Assembly: GCF_009914755.1 (NCBI RefSeq)
Contig: NC_060925.1
Reading direction: 5' to 3' (one strand)
Length of the DNA: 64,000 nt
Source of the DNA: the human T2T-CHM13v2.0 reference genome, Homo sapiens
Below are positions 1 through 14,427 of the stretch, in pieces (position 1 is the first letter of the stretch; each line of letters opens with the position of its first letter). The notes under the pieces were generated by a model. The model was not told the origin of the DNA. It saw nothing but the letters and a program-made list of their open reading frames with translations, and did not search any database. The position numbers and the translations under genes were made by a program.

Positions 1-799
1 AATGATAAAGGAGAGGCAGCCATGAGAATGCCTGGGGGTCATGAGTCCCAGGCAGAGGAATCTGCAAATTGCTGGCATGCTTGAGAATCTAAAGGCTAAG
101 AAATATCAGGGCCAATCACCTGCAATTTGTTCTCTCATTTGATATGTGCAGGAAGGCCTGTGTTTCACTAAAGTTGGCTGAGAGGTTGAATTCTTGAAAA
201 GTACAGTCTGAGTGTTTTGGTTCTGAGCATTAGAACCCCAATCTTCATAATTTCCCCATTGGGTTACCAACTTCCATATGGGATCAAATGCCTCCATTGT
301 TACTCTTTCCCCTCCACAAATCTCCACCATTGCAGAGTCCAAAAATGCAAATTCCTCAGCCTGGCAATGCAAATCTTGGATGGTCAGTCCTACCTCAACT
401 GACCCTTCTAACATGACATCCTGGTTTGTTACCCTGCAATTCTCCCATGCTATCCCCTGTTCCTCCCATATCAAGAGCCTGTGTTTCTCCTTTCTTCATG
501 TTCCATTCACCTTCCCCTCCCCAACCAGAGCCACTGCTCATACCGCCTCCTCCTCCTGAGATGCTCTCACCTCCATCTCTTTTGCTCTGTCTCTCCTTTT
601 CTTCCTCTCTTCCTCCTTCTATTCTCCGTACCTCTAAGTCCCCTCCCACTCATTGCTTGTTTGAATTTCCATTACAACATTGACTTCAGTTTCTGTGATC
701 CTGGCTCATGCACCTGTGTCTCTCTTCTAGTCACCTATGAGGCCTGACAGTAGAAATGCAAGGAGAGCAAAGTAGTTTTCTGTGCAGAAGGAATGAGGT

Positions 800-1010
800 C
801 AAGTAAATTACAGTTACTTGACATCTTACTAGGGACTTGTTTGTGCCAAGTACTGTGCAAGGGCCCTGAGGAGATAGCCATGAATCAGACATAATCTTGA
901 CCTTTAGGGAGCTCACAGTATAATGGGGGAGAAAACACATGAAGAAACGCTGATGGTACAATACAGATGCTTATATGTGCCTCAGAAACAGAGATAGTGT
1001 GTGGCTAGCT
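800..1010 (-). mobile_element. L2 LINE 3' fragment
   Basis: Degenerate resemblance to the antisense L2 3' end (tgtgccaagtactgtgcaagggccctgaggag...ggagctcacagt); boundaries approximate. Confidence 0.5.
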
Positions 1011-1446
1011 CTGCCCACATGAATCAGCAGGTGCTTTATTGGAGAGGTGATGTTTTAGTAAGGTCTAGGCAGAAGAAAAGAGAAAAAGCAGCACGTGTAA
1101 CAGCAGGAAGCTGAAAAGGAGTCGTGCTTACCTGAGACTTGGGGAGAAAGTTGTAAGTAGTGAAGCCTAGAGAGGGAGTCAGTGGGAATGGTAGGAAATG
1201 GGGCAGTAAAAATAGAGTCCTGATGTGGGTGAGCAAGCAAGAAAGCAAACTTTATTTTTATATTTGCATCTTCCTCACTTAACCTAGTCCCTTTAACAGG
1301 GTTATAAATACTCACCAGTTTCTTGACTTGAACTGAGCAAATTAAACACATTTTTCTATATATCTTGACAACCTTTCAAACATGGTAGAGCAATAATTTT
1401 TGTAATGTGATACACATCACATATAATGATTGTGTCAGATATATAC

Positions 1447-1803
1447 TGCTATAGTCTGAATGTTTGGGTCCCCTTATGATTCATATATTGGCACTTAAAA
1501 CCCAATATGATAATATTAAGAGGTGGGGTACTGAGGATGTGATTAGATTATCAGGGCTCTGCCCCCATCAATAGGATTAGTGCATTTATGAAAGAGGCTT
1601 GGGAAAGCCCTTTTCACCTTCTGCCTTGTAAGGACACAAAGAAGGGGCCATCTATGAGTAATGGGCTGTCACCAGACACCAGATCTGTTGGCACCTTGAT
1701 CTTGGACTTCCCAGCCTCTGGAACTGTGAGCAATAAATTTCTGTTGTTTATAAATTACCCAATCTAAGGTATTTTTTTATAGCAGCCCAAACAGACTAAA
1801 ATG
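1447..1803 (+). mobile_element. MLT1A-type MaLR solo LTR
   Basis: Starts TGCTATAGTCTGAATG; contains cttgatcttggacttcccagcctc and AATAAA; 5-bp TSD TATAC at 1442-1446 and 1804-1808. Confidence 0.85.
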
Positions 1804-2739
1804 TATACAGTTCATTGCATCATATATTACATGATTTTCTTGAGCTCAAGGCAGAGCCAGGCATCTAACAATCTCCTGATCCTAGCTGTGGTTTCCTCTT
1901 TGAGACCAATGTATTTACTATGCATAAAAACTTTTTCTCATTAAAGTAAGAATTGTGCCCCATGCTTCAGCAATGAGATATGTTGAAGCCAGCAGACCTA
2001 CCTGGCATTTTACTTTTATAGAACCCTTGCTAGATAGATTGTAATAGAGTCAGGACAAATGGCTGTGACAAGATTTCCTTCGGAGGAGACTGAAGAAATA
2101 GTGACCAATGATCATTTGGTGTCAGTATTTAATTACTAAATGAGGTGAGCATGATCTAATAGCAATTTGATTTCCTTCTCATATAGCCCAAGCCAGACAA
2201 GGCTGACCATGTGTTCTTGCCAGGAAGCTAACACCATCTTAAAGATGAATTTTTTCTCTATTAGGTCAATGAGGAGTGAACCAAATATTTTCTACTTGGG
2301 TCTTCACATGATAAAAGCTTAACAGCTTTGAAGGAGCTATTACAGGCAAATGCCTGAAAGAAATAACCGTTTTGAAAGGTCTATAATTATGTACTTCTGT
2401 AATAGTGTGTAAGGGGATCACAGTTCCCATCAAGAGTTATTGAGTAAATAGTGAGTTCTTAAGTCAGTAACTACTTATTTACATCATAGTCAGTAATGGC
2501 AGTCAAAGAACCATTGCAAGCTACTGAGTAGATCTTATTCATCCATGTAGTAAGGTACGTAAGGCACTGAGGTCTGTTCTCTACTCAGATATGAAAAAAC
2601 ATTGTAGCAACTTGGAGCAAAGGTGAGGTACCATCTTGCCATTGAGCCAGGGGATGCTAATGAGTTCCAAAGGTCCCTGCAAATGATTTAGGTTCAAAGT
2701 GACTGGAATGGCACTGCCTGGAGGACATCTGCCTTTGAC

Positions 2740-3215
2740 CTTCCAGCCTCCATTATCCTTCCTTCTGATGAAAGGTTCTTTTCCTTCCTTTTGGATTCAC
2801 CCTTCCTAAATTCTCTGTGACTCAGGTAGGGCTGTCAATCAAATGGTCAGGCTGCCCAATCAGCAAGAGTTCCAAGCAGCACTCTTAAGAGTCCTTTTGG
2901 GGATTTGATATAATTTCTGGGAAATAGACATAATTTTTTTGTAGGATCCCTGGTAAAATGTCCTTGGTAAAAGTGTAAGCTTGGAGCTGCTGTACCTTTC
3001 TTTACCACCCAATAGAAAAATCTTGCCTAAAGCTAAAACCAACACAGAGTAAAATAGAGAAAAGAGATGGTGGGAAAGAAATAGATTTCTGACCACATTG
3101 TTTGAGCACCTGAGTGAGCCATGCCTGAAGCTAGACCATGCCTTGAACTTCTCAGTTACAGGGCCAGTAGATTTCTGTTCTGTATTTATGTGCTTCGAAT
3201 TGGGTTTTATGTTGC
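2740..3215 (+). mobile_element. Ancient ERVL/MaLR LTR (MLT1K/L- or LTR16-like)
   Basis: Motifs tttgagcacctg...agccatgcctgaagc and gaattgggtttt resemble old MLT1/LTR16 3' halves. Confidence 0.55.
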
Positions 3216-5611
3216 CGTCACTGTTGGACTCTCCAGTGTGGAGTACCTTATTTGTGATTTTTATTTTCTTCTCTCTAGTGCCTACCTAATTTGTGAGAAT
3301 TCCATGAGTATGTCTGTATGTATTCTGTGAGTATATTAGGAGACATTGATCTCTGTATTGGGACATGACCCCAGCTGCTTGACATCTCTCAATAGTCCCA
3401 GTAATGTTAGAATTATAGAGAAGTTGAAACTAAAGGGTTGGCTTTATCAGTCTAATGCCTCCTCCATCGGCAGAATCAGCAGGAGTTGTCTAACTGTATC
3501 TGAATAACAATCCCAGGAAAGAAATACCCCTGCTCATACTTTCCCCCTTTCATTCTTTTGTTTTATCTTTGTCAAATATATGAAGTTTCTATCTTCTTAA
3601 CTTTAAACCTGATGACTAGCATGAGATGATGCTGCATTATAGAACATTTTCCTTACATATTTAATATTTTAACACTTATAAAAAAGAAAAGGTGGCATTG
3701 GGAATGATGCACTGTTGAGCCTGTGATTATGACTGAGAGAGACCACTCACCACTCAGGGTGAAGTCATTGTCAATCCTCTCTGCAAAGGCTAAGCCTCTA
3801 AGAGGATGACAAAATACAATGTTAATTGGCATAAGTCTTCTTTATAGCTAAAAAGAAGCTTTTATGATGGAATGAATGAAAATGCAGGATGTTGACAAAG
3901 CCCCAAAGAAGTGTTCAAAAGAATAAGTGACTGCAAAGTCTCTAGGAACTGAAATTGCACCAAATTTGGCCTAGTTTTTCAGTAGCTAAAGGCATAGAGT
4001 TAAAAATTCAAGAACTAGACTGGAGTCTTTTCAGAAATATGGTTGCCCTGGGTGCCCCTGGGGTCTCAGAGTTAGGGTTCAAGTATCTAATTGTTGGTTC
4101 TGAGCTTTGCTCAGAATGTTATCCTTTCATTTTGTTTAGTATTTGTTTTATGGTTTCTCAGCAACTACCATCATTTCTGCATCTGGAACAGGTCAACAAT
4201 GGATATACATCTCTTAATCTTGCTCCAGATGTTGAAAATCTTAATTGGTGGAGTGACAAGGTAGCTGAGAGTGGCTGTTTCTATAAGGGGAATCAACATC
4301 TTTCTTCAGTTGGAGAACTTCTTTAATGTTGTGTCCAAGTAATGGATGGTCAAAATCTAGAGGAGAGGATAGCAGATGACATGAGTAAAGAAACAATTTT
4401 TTAAATAAAAGATGCCCAGAGGGAAGGTAGATGGGGAGAGGAACCAGCCAAAGATGCGCAAGGGCAAGTTGGACAAGAAAAGTTCACTAATGTTGTTTAT
4501 GTCTATACAAGACTCAGCAGATTCCCATAGGACGCACTTGTCCATCACTTCAAGCACTTTCAAGGACTATTTCATGAGCCTTTCACGGGTATGCCTCCAT
4601 TTTTCTTTTTTGTGCAAGAGTACTGTACAATTATTCTCCATATCTTTTTAAAATATTCTTTTAGTAGGAAACTTAGACCTACATTTAGGTGGTTTTACAA
4701 GCATATCTCCAACTTTAAAATTTTCACTTGCATTTGGGAGTCTTAAATCATTTGGGCATGAAATCAGGTAGGTAGGAATAGGGTATAAAGAAGGAGTGCA
4801 TGTATATAGAGTTGATTCTGTTCTTCTTGACTTACAAAGCTTAATTTCTATCAAAATAGCAGAATGAGAAAACCTGAGACATTTTCAATGGCTTCAGAGA
4901 GGCTCGAGATTTGACTTAGCTGGCAGAACAACTAAAATGGCCTAAGATTCTTTATCTTTGGCTACAATGTGAGGAATGCATTCTGTCTTGGTGGCTGGCT
5001 TTCTTTGCCTCCTTACCATGCTTGCTAATGGTTTCATAAACCCCTCTCCACTAAGTAATGGCTTCTCTCCTGCTTCAGCCTCTACCCTCAGTCTCCCTCA
5101 ATGCTTCCTGGATTGCTACTCCTATTCTTTCTCTCTTCTCTTTTCCTGCTTGTGGTTCATCTCCGTTTGTGTCCCAGTAGCAGTAGAAATGGGGTAAACT
5201 TCTCCCAGGAGATATTGTATAGCAGTTCCAACTTCCATGAATATAATTACTGCGCTGCATAGAATACTTTCTATTCTCTTATAATGTATTCATAATGCTA
5301 AGATTCAGACCATTCAGAACTTTAAAGTTCCTACCATGTATATGAGGACTTGATTTATATATCTTCTAGAAAAGCAAGGAAGACAATAGTTAACCTAAAC
5401 CAATTCCTTGGTCATTTAGCCCTGGACATCCTAAATACCTTTTACATTTTAGTGAAGAATGTATTTTCCATTTGATAGCTTAATGAATGATATTGTTGTG
5501 TCTTGCATAATGATCATTACAATTCAATGGCCAGGGGAATAAAAGCACCCAGCCAATATACCTATTTTGGCTCTCAGTTTTATTGAGGGTAAAGTATAGA
5601 AATGTTATCTG

Positions 5612-5920
<309 letters not shown>

Positions 5921-8900
5921 AGAAATGTTATCTGAGTTTCTAATGGACCCGCTCCTGTTCCTCAAGGGGTTATCACCAACTATCAGAGAGATCCCAATCT
6001 TTAAGACTATGGGATGTAGAGTAATTAGGCTTCAATGTTTTCAGGAGTGTGTGTGGGTTTTTTTTTTTTTTTTTACCCAGAAAAAAAAACAAAAAAAGCC
6101 TCTTTCTAGATGTAGAACTGAAGTATCTGTTGCTTCTGATGTTGCTGTCAGAGGCCAATTGGGAAGCAAAGTATCAAACACAATGGCTCTTTTGAATTCC
6201 TTTGCAAGAGGCAGAACATTCCCAGCCTCAAGATTCCTGTCCTTCTTGCCTTGGTGTGGGGAAAAAAGCAAATCCCCTCCAACTCGAAGAAAGAGTCTTC
6301 CTCTCCCCACCTTGTGCCCCTGACCTCTGAACCCAGCCTAGTTCTGCTATTTCTTAGGAAATGATTCACCTCAGAAGTGTGGCATTTGAAGGTGAAAGAC
6401 GGGGAGATTAGAGGAATTCGAGACTGTTTTCACAATTCCAGTTGGGAAGTTGGAGAAAATTTCGGTGACATTTAAACTGCCAGTTACTTTATTAGATTTT
6501 AATTTCTAAAGCAAAACTAAATAAGTGCAGTCAGTCAATGACTGGCCAAAATCTGTGCATGCATAGGCTCATTAGGAGCGTTTCTTCTCTTAACTGAAAA
6601 GCTCTAAGTGTTGACCTTGAGTGGAAGCACCATGGAGAATCAAGCATAACAGTTTCACATTTCGGTCTCAAATGTACTTGAGCATTTTTTTTATTTTTAA
6701 TAAGGAATCACACATTTGGGACCAAAAAAAGGAAAAAAAGAAAATAAAGTACTGAGACATTGTTGTCCCTTTCTTGGATATTGGTTTTCCTTTTAAAAAA
6801 AATTAGAAATGAGGTGGATTGATTGCTGAAGTTTTAGGCCAGCATGGTTTTGAAAGCAACCCTGTTGCTATCAGCACAGGCTAGGCAGATCACAAATAAG
6901 AAATGTTTATGACGCTTTCTTCTCCTCTTCCATGCTCTGATCCTCCTTAGAATAAAATTTTACTTAGAACACATATAGATCAGATCAAGGAAAATGTGGA
7001 TGAGGACAGTAGGTTGGAATTTTTCTTGTGGGTTTTTTTTTTGTTGTTGTTGTTGATGATTTGTTTTTCTACTAGCTGTTTGGGGGTTAGGGGAAGGGGT
7101 TGTGCATTTTCAAGATGGAATTGCTCACCAGGCCCCTTTTTTGCATTATCTTTGAAATTAGATTCTTTTCCATTATTCAGGAGCAGATGATCAGTTTGCA
7201 GATTATCTGGGTATTTTGTTTCTTTCCTTTCCTCTCTTTTGTTTGCCAGCTTTTTTGACAGTTTGCTTACTCTGCTGACATCCACAGAATTGACCATAAA
7301 AGGAAGGAAACATCCAATCAGTTTTGCTTGTTAATTGCACTAGTACAATTTATTCAGAAAGAAACGAAAATATAGACCAAACTGGAGCTTGAAGATTATC
7401 TGTGAATCAAATCTACCCATATTTTCTTTAAGCCTCATTTGTACAGATAATCGAGGGTTGGCAGAACTTCAGAGAAGTATCTCTTAAGGGAGATCAAACA
7501 CTTCTCAAAACCCAACTCCCTCTGAAATGGCAAATTTTTTCATTCCCATGGGAAAGTCATTGCTTAGAGAAGCAAGTAGACAGAGGTGCTGAGAGAAAGG
7601 GAATTCCTCTGGTCTGAGCTACCTTTGATGGGACAGGTTCAATAAAGTTTGGCTAAGTGGGTGATTTGTTCTAGGCCCAGACATGTACATAAACGTGTGA
7701 GTGCGCATGTGCACGTGCCCGTGTGTAATATTCAAATCCACCTCAAGGCAAGATGCCAGGAGCGGGTATGGAGGTCAGTGCCTGTGAGTTGCACGTTTCT
7801 TAATAATGAGAGCTCTCCCCAGCCTGGGGCCCCTGCTCTCCGCCCCTTTGGGTTCAAGGGCTGCTCTTCCAATTCTGACCACCCAGTGGTGTGAAACTAA
7901 TGATTAACCCTTTGGCACCAGCACTGGAGGGTTTTCTCCACTAATTGGTAATGCAAAACCCATTAGTGATTATTGTGGGGATATTCCGAGTCCAGATGTC
8001 AGAAGGCTAATGAAAAATTAAGTATTGTATTTTGCTGGAGGGGATTAAAAATTTTAGGAGGGGTGATGATGTCTTTTTCTTCTTTCTGCCAGCAACTGAG
8101 ATTGAACATCAAGCTATTGTCCTCCATGAGCTGGTTGGGCTTTATCTGGAAGGTCAGAAAAGTTTTGCCACCAGATCCAAACAAATACCATCTAGAACTA
8201 TCCTTCACAGTTCAGAAATGGAGATGGTTCCCAGGGGTCATGTAAAAAGTGAATTTAATTGCCCAATAATTGTAGGCATTTTGCCTGTAAATATATTTGT
8301 TAATTGAAAAAATATATATATTTTTGCTATATTTAGGCTCCTGGAAATGGATAAGAGGGAAATTTATTGGAGAACTTTATTTGGACTTGAGGACCTATTT
8401 GTGCAAGTCCATTCCTTATTAATAGGTCTTTGTTTTCGCTGTAAGCCACAGACAGGGATTTTGAGAAACATACTCATTTTCTTCTAAGTTATATCAGCAT
8501 AGTAATCTCTCTTGGCTAAAAACCAGCTTCCATTTGCATGTTTAATAAAAATATAACACTAATATCATATTCAAAACTATTTTTTCCTTTTGGGCAAAGC
8601 CTTCAAAATAACCTGGTTCCTTATATCTACCGTAAATGCTGTTTATCCTGGGTTGAAGTCTTTAATATAGGAAGAGAATGCTAAAACAGCTTGATTACTC
8701 TTTCCTTCTTCTATCAGTCACAAACCATCTCTCTTAATTTTGGTGTAAGGACATTTACATAACCAGGGAGAGGGTCCTTTAACTACATTTCTATTATGCT
8801 TGGCACTTGTGTGAAAGGATATTATATTCATGTGCATTAGAGATTGCTTATAAAAGATCAAGACAATAATAGCCGATCAGACGATAAAGGTCTCTTTTCT

Positions 8901-11900
8901 CCTCCCAGACAGGCTGTCTCTGACAGAAGAATACAGTTCATCAAAAGTGTCTGCAGGTTGTCAAACTCAGAGAGGTTTGGGGACCCTCTGAGGCTGTCGT
9001 GGTCAACAAGAAGATTTTCTGTTGGGCTTTTCCATCACTCACCCTGAGGAAATAATCACTCACTACATTCTGCATGTTCTCATGATAGAGTTCTCCATTT
9101 GAGAGAAAAGAGCCATTTTATCAAAGGACAATATAGCCCTTCTCTGGGTCCACGTAGCTTCCATTATCAGACCATAATAAATCATATTTATGTTCCCAGT
9201 TAATAAGACTGATTACAACACAGGTTCCAGACATGGGAAAAGCAAAGCAGGTGAAAAGATGTTTTAATGAAAATATGATAAGAAAACAGCTTCTTGTGAA
9301 CATTCTGTGCTATTATTTGTAATGATTACAGACAATTTTTGATGCATCTTGTTTAGCAATGGTTTAAGCTGCATAAATTGGCTCACTGGTAGATAAGTAA
9401 AAATGATAAGAAAAAATCATGAAATCTTCTTATGTTGTCTAGAATCATTATGTACATAACAAGGGCAAAATGGGTTTAATGTATATGCTGGGGATGGAGG
9501 GGAAACAGGCTTCTCAGAAAAGCATGGCTTGGGTATTATTTGAAATGATTTAGAAATTTTCTCCTCATCTTGCTTATTAAAGATGTGTTCTCCCTGAAAT
9601 TTGGGGGTGCTAGGCATTAATTTCATCTTTGTAAATGAATCTACAGCTCTACTTCTTTTATCCAATCTCAAAGTTGTTGTTTTTTTTTTCTTGCTTTCTT
9701 TTTTTCCCTTCTTGGACCTCAGTACAAAGAGACAAAGAGATATATATTTCCTACTCAATGTTTGTGCACACTTGCCATTAGTGCTAATGGGAATTAAGTG
9801 CCTGCTTGGGAGGAAAACAGACCCCAAAGTTTAATATTGGAAGCTACCTTATTAAGAAGGTCTGGACATTTTTAGCTTCAGTGAGTTCAATTACATTAAA
9901 GTACCAACTTTCTAAATTAGTACAAAAAAAAGAAAAAATCATATAAAATATTGAAATAGCTTCAGCCTTTAACTGTATAAAACAGAAGAAGAGCATCTGA
10001 AGGCGAGGACTCAGGGTGTGTCGTATGGCTTGTTTGTTCATATTAATTTACCAGTTTGATAGTGTAACACATAACAATTTCAGGTTAGCACCCAGCACTT
10101 GGAGTAATTCTTTCCACTGTTCGTTTGTGGCTTTGATGAGAATTTTGTTGTCCTTGGCTTTGGGGTTTCTAAAAAGGCAAATGAAGCTTCCTGGAGTCCA
10201 TGTTATTCTGAGAGTGGCAATCTGAAATTTTAGATTAGCACAATTCAGATTCAGCAAGTGGTTGGGATATTTTATTTATTTTGGATGGGGAGTGCAGGGG
10301 TGGTTGGTATCTTTCTCACATATACATGTAGGCCTCACAGTGTGCACCTGTGAGGGATTCCTTAATAATCTGCCCGTGGAATAACCATTGTTATGAACTG
10401 AAGAAGAGAGTATTCTCCATAATACAATTGTCATGGCTGTACTGCTAGAAAGGCACAGGGATGGCATTGCAAACCCTTCTTGCCAAAAGAAAACACCACT
10501 CAATATCTCCCAGACAATTTTGCTCAGAGATTCTTGGATTCTACTTTTTCTAAGGCAGTTTGCACTAAAGTTAAATATTGGGAGAGTGGATGAGATTCAG
10601 TCCCCTCCTCCTAGATCATTGCTTTCTTTGTTGGCAATTTCTCTTTGTTCTATTTTAACATGAATAAAAGAGGGGAAGGGCGATTGGCCCCACGTCATTC
10701 ACATTGTCTGTTTTCCATGGAAATAACTGTCAGGACTTCTACTGCATCTTCCTTTGCTTTTTAGCTTGCGCTCCATTTTTCTTTTCATAGGTTGACCAAA
10801 AAATATTGCCTGCAAGAGAATTCCATAATGCCACCATATATCTAATATCTATGAGGCGTTTTGTTTTAGCGTTACTGGACTTAACCACAAAAGGCATTTG
10901 ACATTGATAAAGAATCTGTCAAGTCTACCCTGATCAGTGCACTGAAATCACTCATGACAGGGAAGACACCAACTCCCCAAAGCAGTGGTAGATTAGGGGA
11001 AAAATGATTAGAAGCTTTGTCATTGTGAAGCCATCTCATGTTGGACCCTACACTGAGCCAAATGTGTTTTACTTGTCACACTCCATTAGCATGTGTGAAA
11101 CAGTTGGGAAAATGGCCATATGATTAGACAGAAGGAAACCCAAATTCTTCATATCGGGACTTGTTACCACTGAATAATGTCTTTGCAGGAGGGATTGGTT
11201 TAGATTTTGTTAATTTCTTGTGTGATGAAAAATAAATGGCATTTATGGATAGACTCTACAAAAGTTGACCACAAACAGTCCCTCTAAATCTCCCCTGTGT
11301 TAAACATTTATAAAAGAAGATGTGTTGAAATCCACAATTTTACTGGCAAAACGGTCACTGATATCAGACTCCTAAAATTTGCTCCCTCAACACCTCCTCA
11401 CCATGGGCACCAGGAGATTACATTTGCCCAGAGCTGAGCATCTTTCTATGGCTAAGAAAAAGCAGAGGACTGGTGTCAGATGAGGACTTCCCTCTGGAGT
11501 AATTCTTACCTGAACAAAATCCGAATTTATGTAGATATTTTCTGCTAAAAAATTGTTGTTGTTGCTTTGTTTGTGTTGAGAGAGAATGTCAGTGAAAAGA
11601 TGACTTTAAGGATGAGAAGATAAGAAAGACTTGGATACAAAGGAAATTCCAGTAATGCTTAAAACACCATGACCTCAGCACTGTAAGGAAAGGACAGAGT
11701 AGGCGGTATTTTCCTCTTGGGGCCAATCTGTTGAAAACTCACATAGAATGAAAGAAAATCTATTATGGGAAAGAAAGATAGCTTTCTTGAATACTGCCTG
11801 TATAATTACATATGTATGAGTGTTACAATTCCTGAGAATGAAATCTCATTCCACATATGATTGGGGAATTATTAAATGTTGACTATTAAATATTTTAGTT

Positions 11901-13049
11901 AGTTTCACACTGTGTTTATTTCTCCAGAATGATGAATATGCAGATTTAAAATTGAATTTCTTCGTCCCAAGAAAATGATGAAGCCAAGTCCTTGACGATG
12001 TCTAGCTTTTACAGATGGGCCCTCAGACAGGGTGACTAACCACAGCAGGCAGCCCATGTGTCAAGAAAAACCACGCCACCTCCCACCTCTGTGAAGGAGG
12101 ACCATTTAGATTGGGAAACTGCCCTAATTCTGATGATGGTCCCTGGGTATTTGTGCAAAACTATGGCCTGATTTAGTTACTGTGGGTAACAGTTACCCAG
12201 CCCAAAACCCAAGCACAGGCAGAAAACAGATATTATTTCTAATAGCAGGAAAGGGCAAGGACAAACAAAAGGGCACAGGAAAGAGGCTTCCGCCCCTGGA
12301 CAGACCAGCGTGGTGGGCAGTAATTAGCACAAAACACCCACTCTGTGTTTTTCTTGAGCCTGTTCAGCTTGTCTGGCCCCCAGAGCTTCATAGTTGGTCC
12401 AAGAATTCAATGCAGTCCTCCCTTGTGACTACACAGAATGTGTTTGCAGTGTTGAAGGCCAGCCCAGGACTAATTTTGAAAAGTAAATCTGGGAAACAGC
12501 TTAATTTCATTTCCCTAGAGATTTTTCTGGGACAAAGTTAGAAGGGAAGACAAGTTGAATAAAATAGCAGTTAGAGGCAGAGGCTACTTTGAGCAAAAGT
12601 CTCCTACACTCTCCTTGCTCCTCAGTTCCTGTACTATGTAGGAAGTTTAATACGTTTTCAGTAAATGGTGGTAGTTTTTGATGCTACACTACAGTGTTTT
12701 ACAACCCTTGTGATGCAGGTATAAACTGCAGGATCTTTAATTAAAGTGGTCTCTTAAATACTCAGAAGAAAGTCATAATCAAATGTACACAGGTGACTTG
12801 TGCTTCATAATTCTACACAAAGCACCTACTATGTGTTAGGCCTTGTGACCCATAGACTAGGCCTCCTAGTCCTGGGCTCTTACTACTACTACGCCACACA
12901 CTGCTGTCTTGGTAGAACTGACAGAGCTAGTGACCCAAAGTCAATGCTGTTGACTTTGTAGGTCTCAAGTTAAAAACAGCAATTTTGGCAGAAACTCTAA
13001 AATAGGAATATAAGTGAAAGATGTACTTAACTTACCAAGAGGTGTCAGT

Positions 13050-13250
13050 ATAGAGTCGTGTATACTGTAAGAGCATGAGCTTTGAAATGACATATTCTGG
13101 TTCAAACCCTGACTCTACTGTTTTCCAGTTAGTTTGTTACTTAATCACTCTCAGCTTCAATTTATTAATCTGTAAAATGGGTATAATAATACTTATTTTC
13201 TTACCATTGTTGTGAGGATTAAATGCATGTGAACAGCTGGCACAGTCAAA
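13050..13250 (+). mobile_element. MIR SINE
   Basis: MIR core: ctggttcaaaccctgactctac...gttacttaatcactctcagcttc...atctgtaaaatggg...gttgtgaggattaaatg. Confidence 0.8.
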
Positions 13251-14427
13251 GCCAGATTAAGAGCTGGCCATCAGGGCAGCTGCCTGAGGGTCTATGGGTC
13301 CATGCTGAAGGGAGACCAAATACCCCAGGAATAAATGATAAACATGGTGCCAGTAACTCAGGTGTCTACACGTCATCCTGGCGAAATGGAATTGGCTCTG
13401 TCCTGCCGGAATAGACAGCCCCTTGGAATAGAGAAAAAAACTATCCTGATTGGCCAGTGTGGCTGAGTTGCATGGGACACATGCAGGTTCTGCCACCACC
13501 CAGCCTGAAGCTGGAAGTCATAGCCAGCTGAAAATCTAAAACCAAATGATGCCGGGCTTATGGCTGTATTCTGGAGAATTATGCTATTATCTAAATTAGA
13601 ATCCTGATACCAGGCTTCCCAAACGGGGTTGTCTGCTTTTAAAGAATCATAACAGAAAACAAGAACAAAAACACGGGAAACATTCTGTCAACATGAAAGT
13701 CAGAGAAATTAGATTTTTAAGCAAAATTTGAACAAGATTTTACAACTCTATCAGTATGTTATCTTAATGCTTTGAAAAGAACACTATTCAGTTGTGAGAG
13801 TGAAATAAGTGAAATGGAAGGCAATTTTAATTAAGTCAAAATGTTTCAGTACATGAAATAAGTCTCTTATTTTGAACATCAAGATCGATGAATATGAATT
13901 ATATTAACAGAAAATCAGTTTCTCTCACCCTCAGCAAACGACTGTTGGTCAATAGGATATTGGTTTGTAGTGACACCAAACGGTGAGTCAACCCAAGCTG
14001 CTCATATTCTGTCTGGCACTGAGCGCAGTGCCTGCCACACAATGACTGTCAATAAGCATTTGCTATTAGAATATAAGCATTTGCAGTTAGAGCAAATTTT
14101 AAAGGGTCTGATTATGAATTCCTGAGAAAATGTTGAGTAGGTGACTTGAGGATTTCAAACCTGTGACACAAAAACAAAGGAAGAAACATCTGTTTTAAGT
14201 GTGATTCTTGGAACTTCTTGGCTGGTGTGGCCCCTGCCTCTCCCATCCTTCTTTCCTCTACTCCTTTCTCCTTTATATTCTTCCTTGTCAGCTCCTGTCT
14301 CACTTCATGCTCTTCTACACAGGCCAAGCACCTGACACCTTGCATGGTGCAGGCCTCAGACGTGCCAGCTTTCTTCTCCCTTCTATTCTCCTCTTCTCCC
14401 CCTATCCCACCTTCCACAAAGTATAAC

